Positions 31,662 through 42,157 are shown, numbered from the stretch's first letter. The stretch: 45,188 nt of DNA from Bacteroidales bacterium (GCA_049975305.1 JBNGDT010000003.1:1-45188), one strand, 5' to 3'. The notes: generated by a model not told the origin, from the letters alone. Numbers and translations: made by a program.

Positions 31662-32402
31662 ATGTCAAGTATGAAGAACAAGATAAATAAAGATAAATTG
31701 CCACAACACATTGCCATTATTATGGATGGAAATGGCAGATGGGCACAAAAAAGAGGCGTATTTCGTATAATAGGACATCGTGCCGGGGCTAAATCGGTTA
31801 GAAAGGTGGCCGAAGCGTGTGCTGAATTAGGTATTAAATATCTTACCCTGTATGCTTTTTCAACTGAGAATTGGAATAGACCAGAAAATGAAGTAAACAA
31901 CCTGATGGAGCTCCTGATTGAAAATTTACAAAAAGAAACAAAAACATTGTTAAAAAACGATGTATCTCTTAATGTGATTGGTGATATCACCAGGCTGCCC
32001 GAAAAAGTGCAAAAAAATCTTAATAAGACCATTGAAAAAACAAAGCAGGGCAAACGCATGTATTTATCGTTGGCATTATCATACTCCGGACGATGGGATA
32101 TTATTCAGGCGTGTCAGAACATTGCCATGAAAGTAAAACAAAAGGAATTAAACCCGGAAGACATTGACCTAAATATGTTTGCTCAATACCTTTCAACCAA
32201 AGGAATGCCCGACCCTGAACTTTTGATCAGAACAAGCGGGGAAAGAAGAATCAGTAACTTTATGATTTATCAAATGGCTTATACTGAGTTCTATTTTACA
32301 AAAACCCTTTGGCCTGATTTTTCAAAAAATCACCTTTATAGGGCAATAGTGGATTTTCAAACCAGGGAAAGAAGATTTGGTAAAACAAGTGCCCAATTGT
32401 AA
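31662..32402 (+). CDS. uppS: Undecaprenyl diphosphate synthase (isoprenyl transferase)
   Basis: PQHIAIIMDGNGRWA, ..YLTLYAFSTENW.RP..EV, ..RTSGE.RISNF. I chose the ATG at 31662. Confidence 0.95.
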   Translation: MSSMKNKINKDKLPQHIAIIMDGNGRWAQKRGVFRIIGHRAGAKSVRKVAEACAELGIKYLTLYAFSTENWNRPENEVNNLMELLIENLQKETKTLLKNDVSLNVIGDITRLPEKVQKNLNKTIEKTKQGKRMYLSLALSYSGRWDIIQACQNIAMKVKQKELNPEDIDLNMFAQYLSTKGMPDPELLIRTSGERRISNFMIYQMAYTEFYFTKTLWPDFSKNHLYRAIVDFQTRERRFGKTSAQL

Positions 32403-32413
32403 GCGTGGATGGA

Positions 32414-34891
32414 ATGAAAAAAATTAGTTTTAATATTATTGTATTGCTTTTCTTCAGTATTACACTAACAGCACAAGTTTCTTTAAAAGATAAATTGAGT
32501 CGTATTAATTATGCCAACCCGGAAGAATATGTTATCGGGGGGATTCAGATTTCCGGTGTGCAATACCTCGACCACAATGTGATCATTCATCTTACAGGGA
32601 TGCAGGTAGGAGATACCATAATGGTTCCGGGTGAAAAAGTAACAAATGCCATTGAAAAATTGTGGGATCAGGGTTTGTTTTCAGATGTAAAAATCGTTGC
32701 AGACCATATCATTAACGATAAAATATTTCTGGATATCATGTTGTCTGAAAGACCACGGCTGTCAAAATTTTCGTTCAAAGGCATCAAAAAAGGGGAAGCT
32801 GATGATCTGCGTGAAAACCTTAAGCTTGTCAAAGGTTCGCAGGTAACAGACAACCTGCTGATGAATATACACTCCGGCACAAAAAGATACTTTGTGGATA
32901 AAGGATACCTCAATGTGGAAATAAACATTGTGCAGGAAGATGATACCACTATGCCCAATTCTGTCATTCTGTATATCAACATTGATAAGCATGATCGCAT
33001 CAAAATTGAAAATATGATTATTGAGGGAAATGAGTATTTAAGTGATGGTAAAATCAAAAGGAGAATGAAAGGTACCAAGGAAAAATCATGGTATCGTTTC
33101 TGGAAAACTTCCAAATTTATCCGTTCTGAATTTAAAGATGACAAAAACGCCATCATTGATAAGTACAATGAAGAAGGATTTAGAGATGCCCGTATACTTT
33201 ATGATTCCATTCAAAAAAATGGAGAAAGCATTAACCTTGTCATTGGTATTGAAGAAGGCCAAAGATATTATTTCCGGAACATTGACTGGGTGGGAAATAC
33301 CAAATATACCAACGAACTATTATCACGCGTACTCGCCATTGAAAAAGGCGATGTATATAACCAGAAATTGCTTGATGAACAGTTAATGGGTGAAAATTCA
33401 GTGTTTTCACTGTATCAGGATAATGGGTATTTGTTTTCCAGTATTATACCTGTGGAAGTCAATATTGAGCAGGATTCCATTGATCTTGAAATGCAGGTTT
33501 ATGAAGGAAAACAGGCCCGTATCAATGAGATTACCATTAATGGAAACACACGCACAAATGACCATGTTATCATCAGGGAAATGCATACCCGCCCGGGAGA
33601 CCTTTATAAACGTTCAGATATTCAGCGAACCATCAGGGAATTATCCCAGTTAGGGTATTTTGATCCCGAAAAAATGAACATGAATTTTGAACCCGATCCG
33701 GAAAAAGGCATTGTGGATCTCGAATACATTGTCGAGGAAAAACCATCAGACCAGATTGAATTGAGTGGTGGATATGGTGCTGGTATGATCGTGGGTTCAC
33801 TTGGCTTGATGTTCAATAATTTTTCACTGAAAAATGTCTTTAATCCAAGTGCTTACAGGCCACTGCCTGCAGGAGACGGGCAACGCCTTAGCCTTAGGGC
33901 GCAGGCAAGCGGGCCATATTATCAGAATTACAGCTTTACCTTTGTTGAACCCTGGCTTGGAGGGCGTAAACCCAATTCTCTTTCCGTTTCTGTGTATAAT
34001 TCCAGGCAAAAATATGGTTCTGATTCCACACGACAGGAATTTATCGTATCAGGTGCTTCTTCAGGGTTGGGACAACGACTTGAATGGCCTGACGATTATT
34101 TCACTCTATACCTTCAGATGGGGTACAAGCATTACAATATTCACCAATGGTCCGGGTTTATTTATGATGACGGAGTTTCCAATAACATCAATTTTACAGC
34201 AAACCTTGGACGCTCCAGCAGTGGCCCAAATCCTGTTTTTCCTACCCGTGGAAATAACATGACCCTTTCGCTTGAGCTTACTCCTCCTTTCTCATTATTT
34301 AATAATAAGGATTACACTACCATGAGCCCCAATGAAAAATACAAATGGATAGAATATCATAAATGGAAATTTAAAGCGGATTGGTACACAACACTAATGG
34401 GTTCGAAAGATGGTGGTAGCCAGGCACTTGTGCTTAGATCGAAATTCGAATTCGGCTTTCTCGCTTTTTATAACAGTGAAATCGGGCCTTCTCCTTTTGA
34501 AGGATTCCAACTTGGCGGCGACGGACTGTACGGTTATAATTTGTATGGAAGGGAAACCATTGGAATGAGGGGATACAGCAACAATTCCCTGACTCCCTCT
34601 TCCGGTGGAAACATCTACAATAAATTCAGTCTTGAACTCCGTTATCCACTTTCTCTTAATCCTACTGCTACCTTTTACGGACTGGCTTTTGTTGAAGGTG
34701 GTAATGCATGGAACGATTTTTCCAATTATGATCCATTTAATATTAAACGATCAGCAGGTTTTGGTATTAGGGTATTTATGCCAATGATTGGTATGCTCGG
34801 TGTTGATTGGGGATACGGATTTGATGAAATTAAAGGTAAAACCGGTGTCAACGGATCTCAATTCCATTTTGTTATTGGTCAGCAATTTTGA
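32414..34891 (+). CDS. bamA: Outer membrane protein assembly factor BamA
   Basis: About 825 aa with a signal peptide, repeated POTRA-like modules, and a C-terminal barrel ending ..FHFVIGQQF. Position between uppS and the skp genes. Confidence 0.92.
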   Translation: MKKISFNIIVLLFFSITLTAQVSLKDKLSRINYANPEEYVIGGIQISGVQYLDHNVIIHLTGMQVGDTIMVPGEKVTNAIEKLWDQGLFSDVKIVADHIINDKIFLDIMLSERPRLSKFSFKGIKKGEADDLRENLKLVKGSQVTDNLLMNIHSGTKRYFVDKGYLNVEINIVQEDDTTMPNSVILYINIDKHDRIKIENMIIEGNEYLSDGKIKRRMKGTKEKSWYRFWKTSKFIRSEFKDDKNAIIDKYNEEGFRDARILYDSIQKNGESINLVIGIEEGQRYYFRNIDWVGNTKYTNELLSRVLAIEKGDVYNQKLLDEQLMGENSVFSLYQDNGYLFSSIIPVEVNIEQDSIDLEMQVYEGKQARINEITINGNTRTNDHVIIREMHTRPGDLYKRSDIQRTIRELSQLGYFDPEKMNMNFEPDPEKGIVDLEYIVEEKPSDQIELSGGYGAGMIVGSLGLMFNNFSLKNVFNPSAYRPLPAGDGQRLSLRAQASGPYYQNYSFTFVEPWLGGRKPNSLSVSVYNSRQKYGSDSTRQEFIVSGASSGLGQRLEWPDDYFTLYLQMGYKHYNIHQWSGFIYDDGVSNNINFTANLGRSSSGPNPVFPTRGNNMTLSLELTPPFSLFNNKDYTTMSPNEKYKWIEYHKWKFKADWYTTLMGSKDGGSQALVLRSKFEFGFLAFYNSEIGPSPFEGFQLGGDGLYGYNLYGRETIGMRGYSNNSLTPSSGGNIYNKFSLELRYPLSLNPTATFYGLAFVEGGNAWNDFSNYDPFNIKRSAGFGIRVFMPMIGMLGVDWGYGFDEIKGKTGVNGSQFHFVIGQQF

Positions 34892-34953
34892 TTATATTAT
34901 CTTTGGTCCGTTATTTGTATTTTAATTTTCTGAACCTAAAAAATAGTAAAATT

Positions 34954-35469
34954 ATGAAAAAAATATGCCTGATTTTATTGTTGCCCCTGCTTACTACAAT
35001 GGGTGTTTTTGCCCAAAAATATGCTTATGTGGATACAGATTATATCATGAACAACATCCCAACCTATGAAACAGCACAGCAGCAACTCAATGAGCTTTCA
35101 GATCAATGGAAAAACGAAGTGGATGAAATGAAAAATGAAATTGAGAAGATGTATGAAGATTTTAAAGCTGAAAAAGTCTTCCTGACTGAAGATCTCAAAA
35201 TGAAACGGGAAGAAGAAATCATCCAAAAAGAAAAAGACATGCGGGAACTACAACAAAAATATTTTGGCCGTGACGGCATGTTGTTCAAAAAACGGAAAGA
35301 ATTACTCAAACCCATTCAGGATGACATTTTCAATGCAGTAAAAGAAATTGCCCAGGAAGGCAATTATGCTGTTATTTTTGATACTGCCAATGCAGTTTAC
35401 ATGCTATATACAGATCCTAAATACGATAAAAGTGATGATGTGTTGAAAAAACTTGGATATAAAAATTAG
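34954..35469 (+). CDS. OmpH/Skp-family periplasmic chaperone
   Basis: Signal peptide followed by a coiled-coil-rich, Lys/Glu-rich sequence. Conserved position after bamA. ATG at 34954. Confidence 0.85.
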   Translation: MKKICLILLLPLLTTMGVFAQKYAYVDTDYIMNNIPTYETAQQQLNELSDQWKNEVDEMKNEIEKMYEDFKAEKVFLTEDLKMKREEEIIQKEKDMRELQQKYFGRDGMLFKKRKELLKPIQDDIFNAVKEIAQEGNYAVIFDTANAVYMLYTDPKYDKSDDVLKKLGYKN

Positions 35470-35515
35470 TAGTACTATTTTTGCTAAAATATTACTAATA
35501 ATAAAACGAAAGATT

Positions 35516-36031
35516 ATGTTTAAAAAAATCACATTAATAGCAACAATGATCCTTATTGCCGGAACATCTGTTCAAAGTTTTGCACAAAAAAATAAACTCG
35601 GATACGTTAGAGTTGATGCAATTTTCATTGAAATGCCGGAACGTACACAGGCAGAACAGGAAATTACCGAATATGCAAAACAACTTGAAAATCAGTTACA
35701 GACCATGAATGCTGAGTTTGAAAAGAAATACCAGGAATACGAAGATAATTACGAAACCTGGGGAGCTGTTGTAAGAAAAGATAAAGAACTTGAAATTCAG
35801 AATTTGCAGCAACGTATACAGGGCTTTCAACAAAGTGCGCAAAGTGATTTGCAGCAAAAAGAACAAGAGTTGCTTCAGCCTATTTATGAAAAAATCAGAA
35901 GTGCTATCAAAAAAGTTGGTGAAGCAGAAGGTTTTACTTACATTTATGATGCATCCATGTTGCTCTATAAATCTGCCGACAGTGAAGACCTTACCGAAAA
36001 AGTCAAGGCACAGTTAGATTTAGTGGAATAA
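35516..36031 (+). CDS. OmpH/Skp-family periplasmic chaperone (second copy)
   Basis: Signal peptide MFKKITLIATMILIAGTSVQSFAQ and Skp-like coiled-coil composition. ATG at 35516. Confidence 0.85.
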   Translation: MFKKITLIATMILIAGTSVQSFAQKNKLGYVRVDAIFIEMPERTQAEQEITEYAKQLENQLQTMNAEFEKKYQEYEDNYETWGAVVRKDKELEIQNLQQRIQGFQQSAQSDLQQKEQELLQPIYEKIRSAIKKVGEAEGFTYIYDASMLLYKSADSEDLTEKVKAQLDLVE

Positions 36032-36050
36032 ACATCATAAAAAATGCAGT

Positions 36051-36081
36051 AAAGACCATCCTGTTTTGGTGGTCTTTTTTG
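36051..36081 (+). terminator. Rho-independent terminator after the second skp gene
   Basis: AAAGACCA..(11-nt loop)..TGGTCTTT followed by a T-run, 20 nt after the stop at 36031. Confidence 0.6.
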
Positions 36082-36093
36082 TATTTTTACACT

Positions 36094-36897
36094 ATGCTTA
36101 ACGCTGATAAAAGCATTGGTATTTTTGATTCCGGACTGGGTGGTTTATCCGTATGGAAATACGTTGCTGAATTTCTGCCGCGTGAATCGTTTATCTATTT
36201 TGGCGATAGCAAACATGCACCCTACGGAAACAAATCTGATGCATTTATTACTGAACGCTGCCATCACATTACCAGGTTTTTGCTGGATAAAAATGTTAAA
36301 TTAATTATTGTGGCATGCAATACCGCCACCGCTGCTGCCATTGAATCCCTTAGAGAAAATTACCCGCATATACAATTTGTTGGGATGGAACCCGCCATTA
36401 AACCCGCAAGCCTACTCTCGAAAACAGGGCACATCGGAGTGCTTGCTACCCATGGTACTTTCAAAGGAGAACTTTTTAAGCGTAACCAGGAAAAATACCA
36501 GCCTTACGTAAAAATACATTACACCGAAGGAAACGGGCTTGTTGAACTTGCCGAACAGGGAAAAGTGTTTTCTGATGAAGCTGAGAAACTGCTCAGAAAA
36601 TACATAGAACCACTTATGGAAAACAAGGTTGACCAACTGGTGCTCGGGTGTACACATTACCCCCTTTTTATTCCTCTTATTGATAAAATCACACAAGGGT
36701 CAATGCACATCCTTCATCCTGCTGATGCCATTGCAAAGCGAACTAAAGACCTGCTTATGCAACACCGTATTTTACAAACCCGTAACAATCATGGGGGAAA
36801 TACATTTTACAGCAATGGGGATATCTCTGATATGCTTGATGTCATTAAACAACTTGATATTAAAGCCGAACCAAATATCTTCTCTGTTAGTGATTAA
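36094..36897 (+). CDS. murI: Glutamate racemase
   Basis: IGIFDSGLGGLSV, ..VIVACNTATAAA.., ..LGCTHYP... I preferred the ATG at 36094, because the TTG at 36079 lies inside the terminator. Confidence 0.93.
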   Translation: MLNADKSIGIFDSGLGGLSVWKYVAEFLPRESFIYFGDSKHAPYGNKSDAFITERCHHITRFLLDKNVKLIIVACNTATAAAIESLRENYPHIQFVGMEPAIKPASLLSKTGHIGVLATHGTFKGELFKRNQEKYQPYVKIHYTEGNGLVELAEQGKVFSDEAEKLLRKYIEPLMENKVDQLVLGCTHYPLFIPLIDKITQGSMHILHPADAIAKRTKDLLMQHRILQTRNNHGGNTFYSNGDISDMLDVIKQLDIKAEPNIFSVSD

Positions 36898-36973
36898 AAA
36901 TCTATAATCAGTATATAACTGTTAGCCGATGTTTACAGAAATATTTATAATCGATTAGTTATAAAAATATTCG

Positions 36974-36981
36974 TATATTTG
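36974..36981 (+). promoter_or_regulatory. -7 box candidate (TATATTTG) for the aminotransferase gene
   Basis: Exact TAnnTTTG match 25 nt upstream of the ATG at 37006. No clear -33 element. Confidence 0.3.
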
Positions 36982-37005
36982 TTATTGAAATTATGGCCAC
37001 TTAAC

Positions 37006-38202
37006 ATGCAACATTCCGCAATGAAACATCGCTTCAGACAACGTTTGGGGCAAACATCCGAAAAGCCCATGATGTTCAACGCAAGCAAAGCCAAGGGCAT
37101 TTACATCTATGATGAATATGGGAATCCTTTTATTGATTTGGTGGCCGGTGTATCAGTGTGCAACCTCGGCCATCAGCACCCTGAAATTGTTCAAGCTGTC
37201 AAAGAACAGATTGATAAACATATGCACTTGATGGTGTATGGTGAATTTATTCAGCCGGTACAAGTCGAACTTGCTGATTTACTGGTAAAACAACTTCATC
37301 CTTCCCTGAATACGGTGTATTTTGTGAACAGCGGCTCTGAAGCCATTGAGGGAGCCATGAAACTGGCAAAACGCTATACGGGTAAAAATCACATCGTGGC
37401 CTGCAAAAACGCATATCACGGAAGTACACAAGGCGCTTTGTCTTTGCTGGGGGATGAGGCATTTAAACGGAATTACAGACCGCTGTTGCCCGGCATTGAT
37501 TTTATCTGCTTTAACAACACCTCCGACTTTTATAAAATTACAGCACAAACCGCTGCGGTGGTTATTGAACCCATCCAGGCTGAAGCCGGAATCTGCATCC
37601 CGGATGATGATTACCTGGCTGCTTTGAAGCAACGCTGCCGGGATGTCGGGGCATTGTTAATTTTTGATGAAGTACAAACCGGTTTTGGCAGAACGGGAAA
37701 ATTGTTTGCACACATGCATTACAATGTGATCCCGGATATTATGTGTGTTGCGAAAGCTTTTGGAGGCGGTATGCCGCTGGGTGCTTTTATCGCTGACAAA
37801 CACATTATGGATGTGTTCACAAAAAATCCCATGCACGGACACATTACTACTTTTGGCGGGCATCCGGTATCCTGTGCGGCAGCCTTGGCCAACCTTAACG
37901 TGTTGTTACGGGACAAACTGATTGAGCAAGTGGATGCCAAAGCCAGCCTGTATTTTGACCTGTTGACGCACCCGCGTATCAAAAAGGTCTGGGGCAAAGG
38001 CCTTTTTATTGGCATTGAAATGGAAACCGAAGAAGAAGCAGCACGTGTGATGGAAATCGGCGCTAAAACAGGTGGCTTCATCACCGACTTGTTTTTATTT
38101 AAGCCTAATGCTTTCCGCATCGGGGCACCCCTGATTATCACTGAAAAACAGATACGGGAATCTGTGAAACTGATTTTAAATACACTTGATAAACTGGATT
38201 AA
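37006..38202 (+). CDS. Class-III (ornithine/acetylornithine-type) PLP-dependent aminotransferase
   Basis: ..DLVAGVSVCNLGHQHP.., ..NSGSEA.EGAMKLA.., ..DEVQTGFGRTGK.FA.., with the PLP lysine context ..MCVAKAFGGGMPLGA... Confidence 0.85.
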   Translation: MQHSAMKHRFRQRLGQTSEKPMMFNASKAKGIYIYDEYGNPFIDLVAGVSVCNLGHQHPEIVQAVKEQIDKHMHLMVYGEFIQPVQVELADLLVKQLHPSLNTVYFVNSGSEAIEGAMKLAKRYTGKNHIVACKNAYHGSTQGALSLLGDEAFKRNYRPLLPGIDFICFNNTSDFYKITAQTAAVVIEPIQAEAGICIPDDDYLAALKQRCRDVGALLIFDEVQTGFGRTGKLFAHMHYNVIPDIMCVAKAFGGGMPLGAFIADKHIMDVFTKNPMHGHITTFGGHPVSCAAALANLNVLLRDKLIEQVDAKASLYFDLLTHPRIKKVWGKGLFIGIEMETEEEAARVMEIGAKTGGFITDLFLFKPNAFRIGAPLIITEKQIRESVKLILNTLDKLD

Positions 38203-38210
38203 AGTAAAAT

Positions 38211-38708
38211 TTACCCCTTTTTGTGATTTTTCGGCTTGTCAAATCGTATCAGTTTCCCGGATTTATCCTTAATATCAGCCCATGATTGCACATCAAATTG
38301 AATTTGTGCCACACCACAGGTTGGCATGTGATCCAGCCGTGTATTGGATATGCGCCTCACAATATAGGTGATACCGGGATTATGAGATATCATGTAGATG
38401 GAATCAAAGTTATTCTCCATATCACGAATGATGCTTAAAAAAGTCTCCGTATCGGCATAATACAGATCTTCCAGGTACAATATTTCCTGTTCGGCAGATC
38501 CAATCCCGGCAGCAATTAGCCTGGCGGTAGTTTTTGCCCGGTTTGCAGGGCTTGATATGATAAGATCCGGCAGTATGAAATCCGATTTAATGATCTTTCC
38601 CATCAAAAGAGCGTCATTGTTACCCATGTCATTCAGTGGCCGTTCAAAATCAGGAACATCCTGTTTCCTGTCAGATTTTGCATGTCTGATGAATGTAATT
38701 GTTTTCAT
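38211..38708 (-). CDS. sixA: Histidine phosphatase family protein (SixA-like)
   Basis: MKTITFIRHAKS.. (RHA/G motif) and a later ..ISHNPG.. motif. I preferred the ATG at 38708 over the TTG at 38729. Confidence 0.75.
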   Translation of the reverse strand: MKTITFIRHAKSDRKQDVPDFERPLNDMGNNDALLMGKIIKSDFILPDLIISSPANRAKTTARLIAAGIGSAEQEILYLEDLYYADTETFLSIIRDMENNFDSIYMISHNPGITYIVRRISNTRLDHMPTCGVAQIQFDVQSWADIKDKSGKLIRFDKPKNHKKG

Positions 38709-38779
38709 ATCGTGATTAATTTTTGGCAAAGGTAAAATGCAATTCTTTTGAAAACTAACAGATGAACTAAACTGAATGT

Positions 38780-39808
38780 TTATTCAACACTTTCCAGGTA
38801 TTCGTCCAGTTCATCAATGCTCATTTCAAACTCAAAAGCATCATTCACGATATAGTATTTATGCGGATCGTACACATATTCATAAGCAAATTTTGAAAAT
38901 TCAAGCCTGGAATCTTCAAAATCAAATAAAGTCATGATGGTTTTTACCTGTGACGATGTCAGGCAATCGCTTTTGGCAATGCTTTTGGCAATTTTCAGCT
39001 TTGAAGCTTCAAAATCTTTGCTTTCAACGGATTGTTTAGCTTCTTCAAAATCCATGCTGCTCATCGGGGTATGGCAACCACCGGATTCATACTGTGGTGT
39101 TGCCGTTTGCTGGGCTGTTTCCTGTTCAACAATGGCTTCTACAACGCCTCCGCCTTCATGTGTTACTGTGGTTGTGGTAGTTGTTGTAGTGATTGTTGTT
39201 GTCTCTGTATGGGCGTCATCCAGTTCAAAATCAACAGTCATATTCATTTGTTCCCCGTTATCATTCATGGAGACATCCATACCTGATTCGTTGACTTTCA
39301 TGTTTACATCCACTGATTCGGTATCGTCACCTGATTCATGACCATGACCTGCATGAGTGGTGGTGCTGTGCGTGATGGTAGTGGTCTCCTGCATGTTTGT
39401 GCCTTCGGTGCTGTGGGTGGTCTGTTGTGGGTCTTCGTACTTCTGTTCAGTGATTTGAGGTTCATCTTCTGGTTGTTCAATGGCTGTCTGGCTTAATAGG
39501 CACAGTGTCATTTTACCGTTGTTCTTTTGATGAATCCTGAACGTGTAGGCATAACCCGGTTCTTCAAACCATAATGATTTGGTAAACGACTTCATTGACT
39601 TGTTGTTAAAGGCGATTTTAGCCTTGTATGCATCGGCTTTCAAACCTTCAACTTTTACGTTGGATTTCGGACTGTCATTTTTTTTCACTCCATTGAGATA
39701 CAATGTAAATGTTTCACCTTCTTCGTGGAAAATAGTAAGGTTGGTTGTCTGAGCCATGATCAAATTGGTGGCTAACAAAGCAAACACCAGGTAAATTGTT
39801 TTTTTCAT
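38780..39808 (-). CDS. Secreted DUF4476-like protein with a Thr/His/acidic low-complexity linker
   Basis: Signal peptide MKKTIYLVFALLATNLIMAQ. The C-terminal block ..MSSMDFEEAKQSVESKDFEASKLKIAKSIAKSDCLTSSQVKTIMTLFDFEDSRLEFSKFAY.. resembles DUF4476 (from memory). The central region is ..TTTITTTTTTTTVTHEGGG... Confidence 0.6.
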   Translation of the reverse strand: MKKTIYLVFALLATNLIMAQTTNLTIFHEEGETFTLYLNGVKKNDSPKSNVKVEGLKADAYKAKIAFNNKSMKSFTKSLWFEEPGYAYTFRIHQKNNGKMTLCLLSQTAIEQPEDEPQITEQKYEDPQQTTHSTEGTNMQETTTITHSTTTHAGHGHESGDDTESVDVNMKVNESGMDVSMNDNGEQMNMTVDFELDDAHTETTTITTTTTTTTVTHEGGGVVEAIVEQETAQQTATPQYESGGCHTPMSSMDFEEAKQSVESKDFEASKLKIAKSIAKSDCLTSSQVKTIMTLFDFEDSRLEFSKFAYEYVYDPHKYYIVNDAFEFEMSIDELDEYLESVE

Positions 39809-39886
39809 AACGTGTGTTTTTATTATTTTTTTATCAATATCAAACTTCCTGCCAAATGGCTGCAATGTATAAACTTATATGGGTTT

Positions 39887-40972
39887 TTATTCCATGTGTT
39901 CAATGGTCAGCCTGTCAACAACCAATGTGCTGTTGGCACCAACTTTGAAACCAAAACGGTCCCCATACAATTTGTGGATGTCCGTAAGGTAAACAAAGTT
40001 CTCATTTAAAAAGACATAAACAAGATCATTCAGATGTACTACAGTAAGCTTGTTATAATTTAAAAAATCCGCAATATTTTCATTCTCAACATAAGAATAA
40101 TAATAATTAAAATTTTCTTTTGAATTACTGATCAGTACATTATGTTGCAAATCATACCCGGTAAAATAATACGCATTGTGGTCAGAACCGCCCCAGATAA
40201 GGCCACTGAAATCTGACGAGTTACTATTTTCAATCTTAATGATACATTCCATCTTATAATCGTCTTCCATATCAAGATCATGATCATACAATGCTATTTC
40301 GGAAGCATTACTGCTGTTTTGTAACCTGAATTCCCCGTTGTTAATTTCAGTTTCCAGTGTCATGTTGGTTTGTACCCATACGTTTTCATCGCTCAAAAAC
40401 TGTTCATTAAGCTGGGTGACCGATTCAAGTGCATGAATTGAGTCATAGCTGGTTTGATGCTCTGCCCACCATGGCCATTCTATATCTTCATTAAACAATT
40501 CATCAACATAATAAGGTTTTCTAAAGCCAAAATAATTTAGTGTATGATACATCTTTTTGTCCACATCATAAGGCGTTCCCCGTATTAAACTTGTCCATTC
40601 CCCGTTGGGAAAAACAGCGTTTGTATTCTGGCGGTTAAGAAATCCCAACGCCATATAACGCATCACGATGGCTTCACGCCTATCCTCATTGGCTTGCAAC
40701 CATGTGTCTTCATCTATTTCAATACGTATTGGATCTTCATAATTACACCTGGCTACCGTATCTTCACCGAGGGATGAAAATTCGATAATAAGGCCAAGTT
40801 CTTCAAAATCAAATTCTATGCCACGCTGCTGTGCATATTCTTCGAAGGTTTCAACGTACGGGGCTGCTGTGTCCGGCACGTTATACCAGTCAGGTTTGCA
40901 GGACGTTAAAAGCGCCGATCCAACAACTAAAACAGGTAATATGATTGATTTGATCATGTTTCTATATTTCAT
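39887..40972 (-). CDS. Hypothetical lipoprotein (N-terminal domain of unknown function plus C-terminal jelly-roll/LamG-like region)
   Basis: Lipobox ..VVGSALLTSC. The C-terminal pattern (..GLIWGGSD..YYFTGYD..LTVVHLNDLVYVFLNENFV..GFKVGANSTLVVDRLTIE) is reminiscent of concanavalin-like lectin folds. No catalytic motif recognised. Confidence 0.55.
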   Translation of the reverse strand: MKYRNMIKSIILPVLVVGSALLTSCKPDWYNVPDTAAPYVETFEEYAQQRGIEFDFEELGLIIEFSSLGEDTVARCNYEDPIRIEIDEDTWLQANEDRREAIVMRYMALGFLNRQNTNAVFPNGEWTSLIRGTPYDVDKKMYHTLNYFGFRKPYYVDELFNEDIEWPWWAEHQTSYDSIHALESVTQLNEQFLSDENVWVQTNMTLETEINNGEFRLQNSSNASEIALYDHDLDMEDDYKMECIIKIENSNSSDFSGLIWGGSDHNAYYFTGYDLQHNVLISNSKENFNYYYSYVENENIADFLNYNKLTVVHLNDLVYVFLNENFVYLTDIHKLYGDRFGFKVGANSTLVVDRLTIEHME

Positions 40973-41172
40973 TATAAAAACAAAAATACGTAAAATTCCA
41001 ATGCGTAAAGACGGCGAAAAGCAATATTGTTCACAATTTGGCTTAATTTCTCTTATGACATGTACTGTACCCTTTACATATTTTCTGCGAAACTTTAGTA
41101 AACTACTTACGGATTTGAGGATTTACACACTGAAATTTCAATCACAAAATATTTTATCTGTCTAAATTCTTT

Positions 41173-41180
41173 TATATTTG
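41173..41180 (+). promoter_or_regulatory. -7 box candidate (TATATTTG) for arcC
   Basis: Exact TAnnTTTG match 27 nt upstream of the ATG at 41207. The -33 region is only TTTTAT-like. Confidence 0.3.
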
Positions 41181-41206
41181 CCACTTAATCAAAATTCAAC
41201 AATTAT

Positions 41207-42157
41207 ATGAAGAAAAAACTTGCAGTAGTTGCTTTTGGCGGAAATGCGCTCCTGAGATCAGGACAAAAAGGAACCATTGAGGAACAGGAATCCAATGTGC
41301 GTGAAACCTGCAATAATCTGACAGCACTGATAGAGCAGGATTATAACATTGTCATAGGCCATGGAAACGGACCACAGGTCGGGAACATTCTTCTCAGAAA
41401 CATTGCCGGTCATAAAATGTTTGGTCTTCCGCTTATGCCCCTTGATGTTTGTGGCGCTTATTCTCAGGGATTCATCGGTTATATCATTGAACAGCAAATG
41501 AGAAATGTACTCGAATCCAAAAAAATGAAGCGAGATATTCTTACCCTAGTAACACAAGTGCTTGTGGATAAAAATGATAAAGCATTCCAACATCCCACAA
41601 AACCCATCGGCCCTTACTATAAAAAAGAAGAACTGGAAGCTTTGAAAAAGAAAAATCCAGACGATGTGTATGCCGAAGACCCCAAAGGCAGGGGATACAG
41701 AAAAGTTGTCGCATCTCCGGTGCCTTTAGAAATTATGAACAAAAACAGCATAGAAAAACTTGCCCGTGACGGAAACATTGTCATTACTGTCGGCGGTGGT
41801 GGAATTCCGGCGTTTTATGTAAAACCCGGCGAAATGCAGGGTATTGATGCTGTAATTGATAAAGATTTGGCCTCATCCATGCTGGCTACACAAATCAGTG
41901 CTGATGAATTTTATATACTTACCGATGTACCCAAAGTGTTTATCAATTTCAACAAACTAGACCAACAGGCCTTGGATGTCATTACTGTGGCAGATGCAAA
42001 AAAACACCTCAACGACGGACAGTTTTCCGAAGGCAGCATGGCTCCTAAAATCAGAGCGGCTATTCAGTTCATTGAACGCGGTGGTAAAAAATGCGTCATC
42101 ACCGAATCCAAAGAACTTGGTAAAGAAAATGTGGGTACTCAGATTGTGGCTAAATAG
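41207..42157 (+). CDS. arcC: Carbamate kinase
   Basis: ..LAVVAFGGNALL..G..EEQ..N.. and ..IVIGHGNGPQVGN.LL.. are typical of carbamate kinase. Length 316 aa. Confidence 0.9.
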   Translation: MKKKLAVVAFGGNALLRSGQKGTIEEQESNVRETCNNLTALIEQDYNIVIGHGNGPQVGNILLRNIAGHKMFGLPLMPLDVCGAYSQGFIGYIIEQQMRNVLESKKMKRDILTLVTQVLVDKNDKAFQHPTKPIGPYYKKEELEALKKKNPDDVYAEDPKGRGYRKVVASPVPLEIMNKNSIEKLARDGNIVITVGGGGIPAFYVKPGEMQGIDAVIDKDLASSMLATQISADEFYILTDVPKVFINFNKLDQQALDVITVADAKKHLNDGQFSEGSMAPKIRAAIQFIERGGKKCVITESKELGKENVGTQIVAK

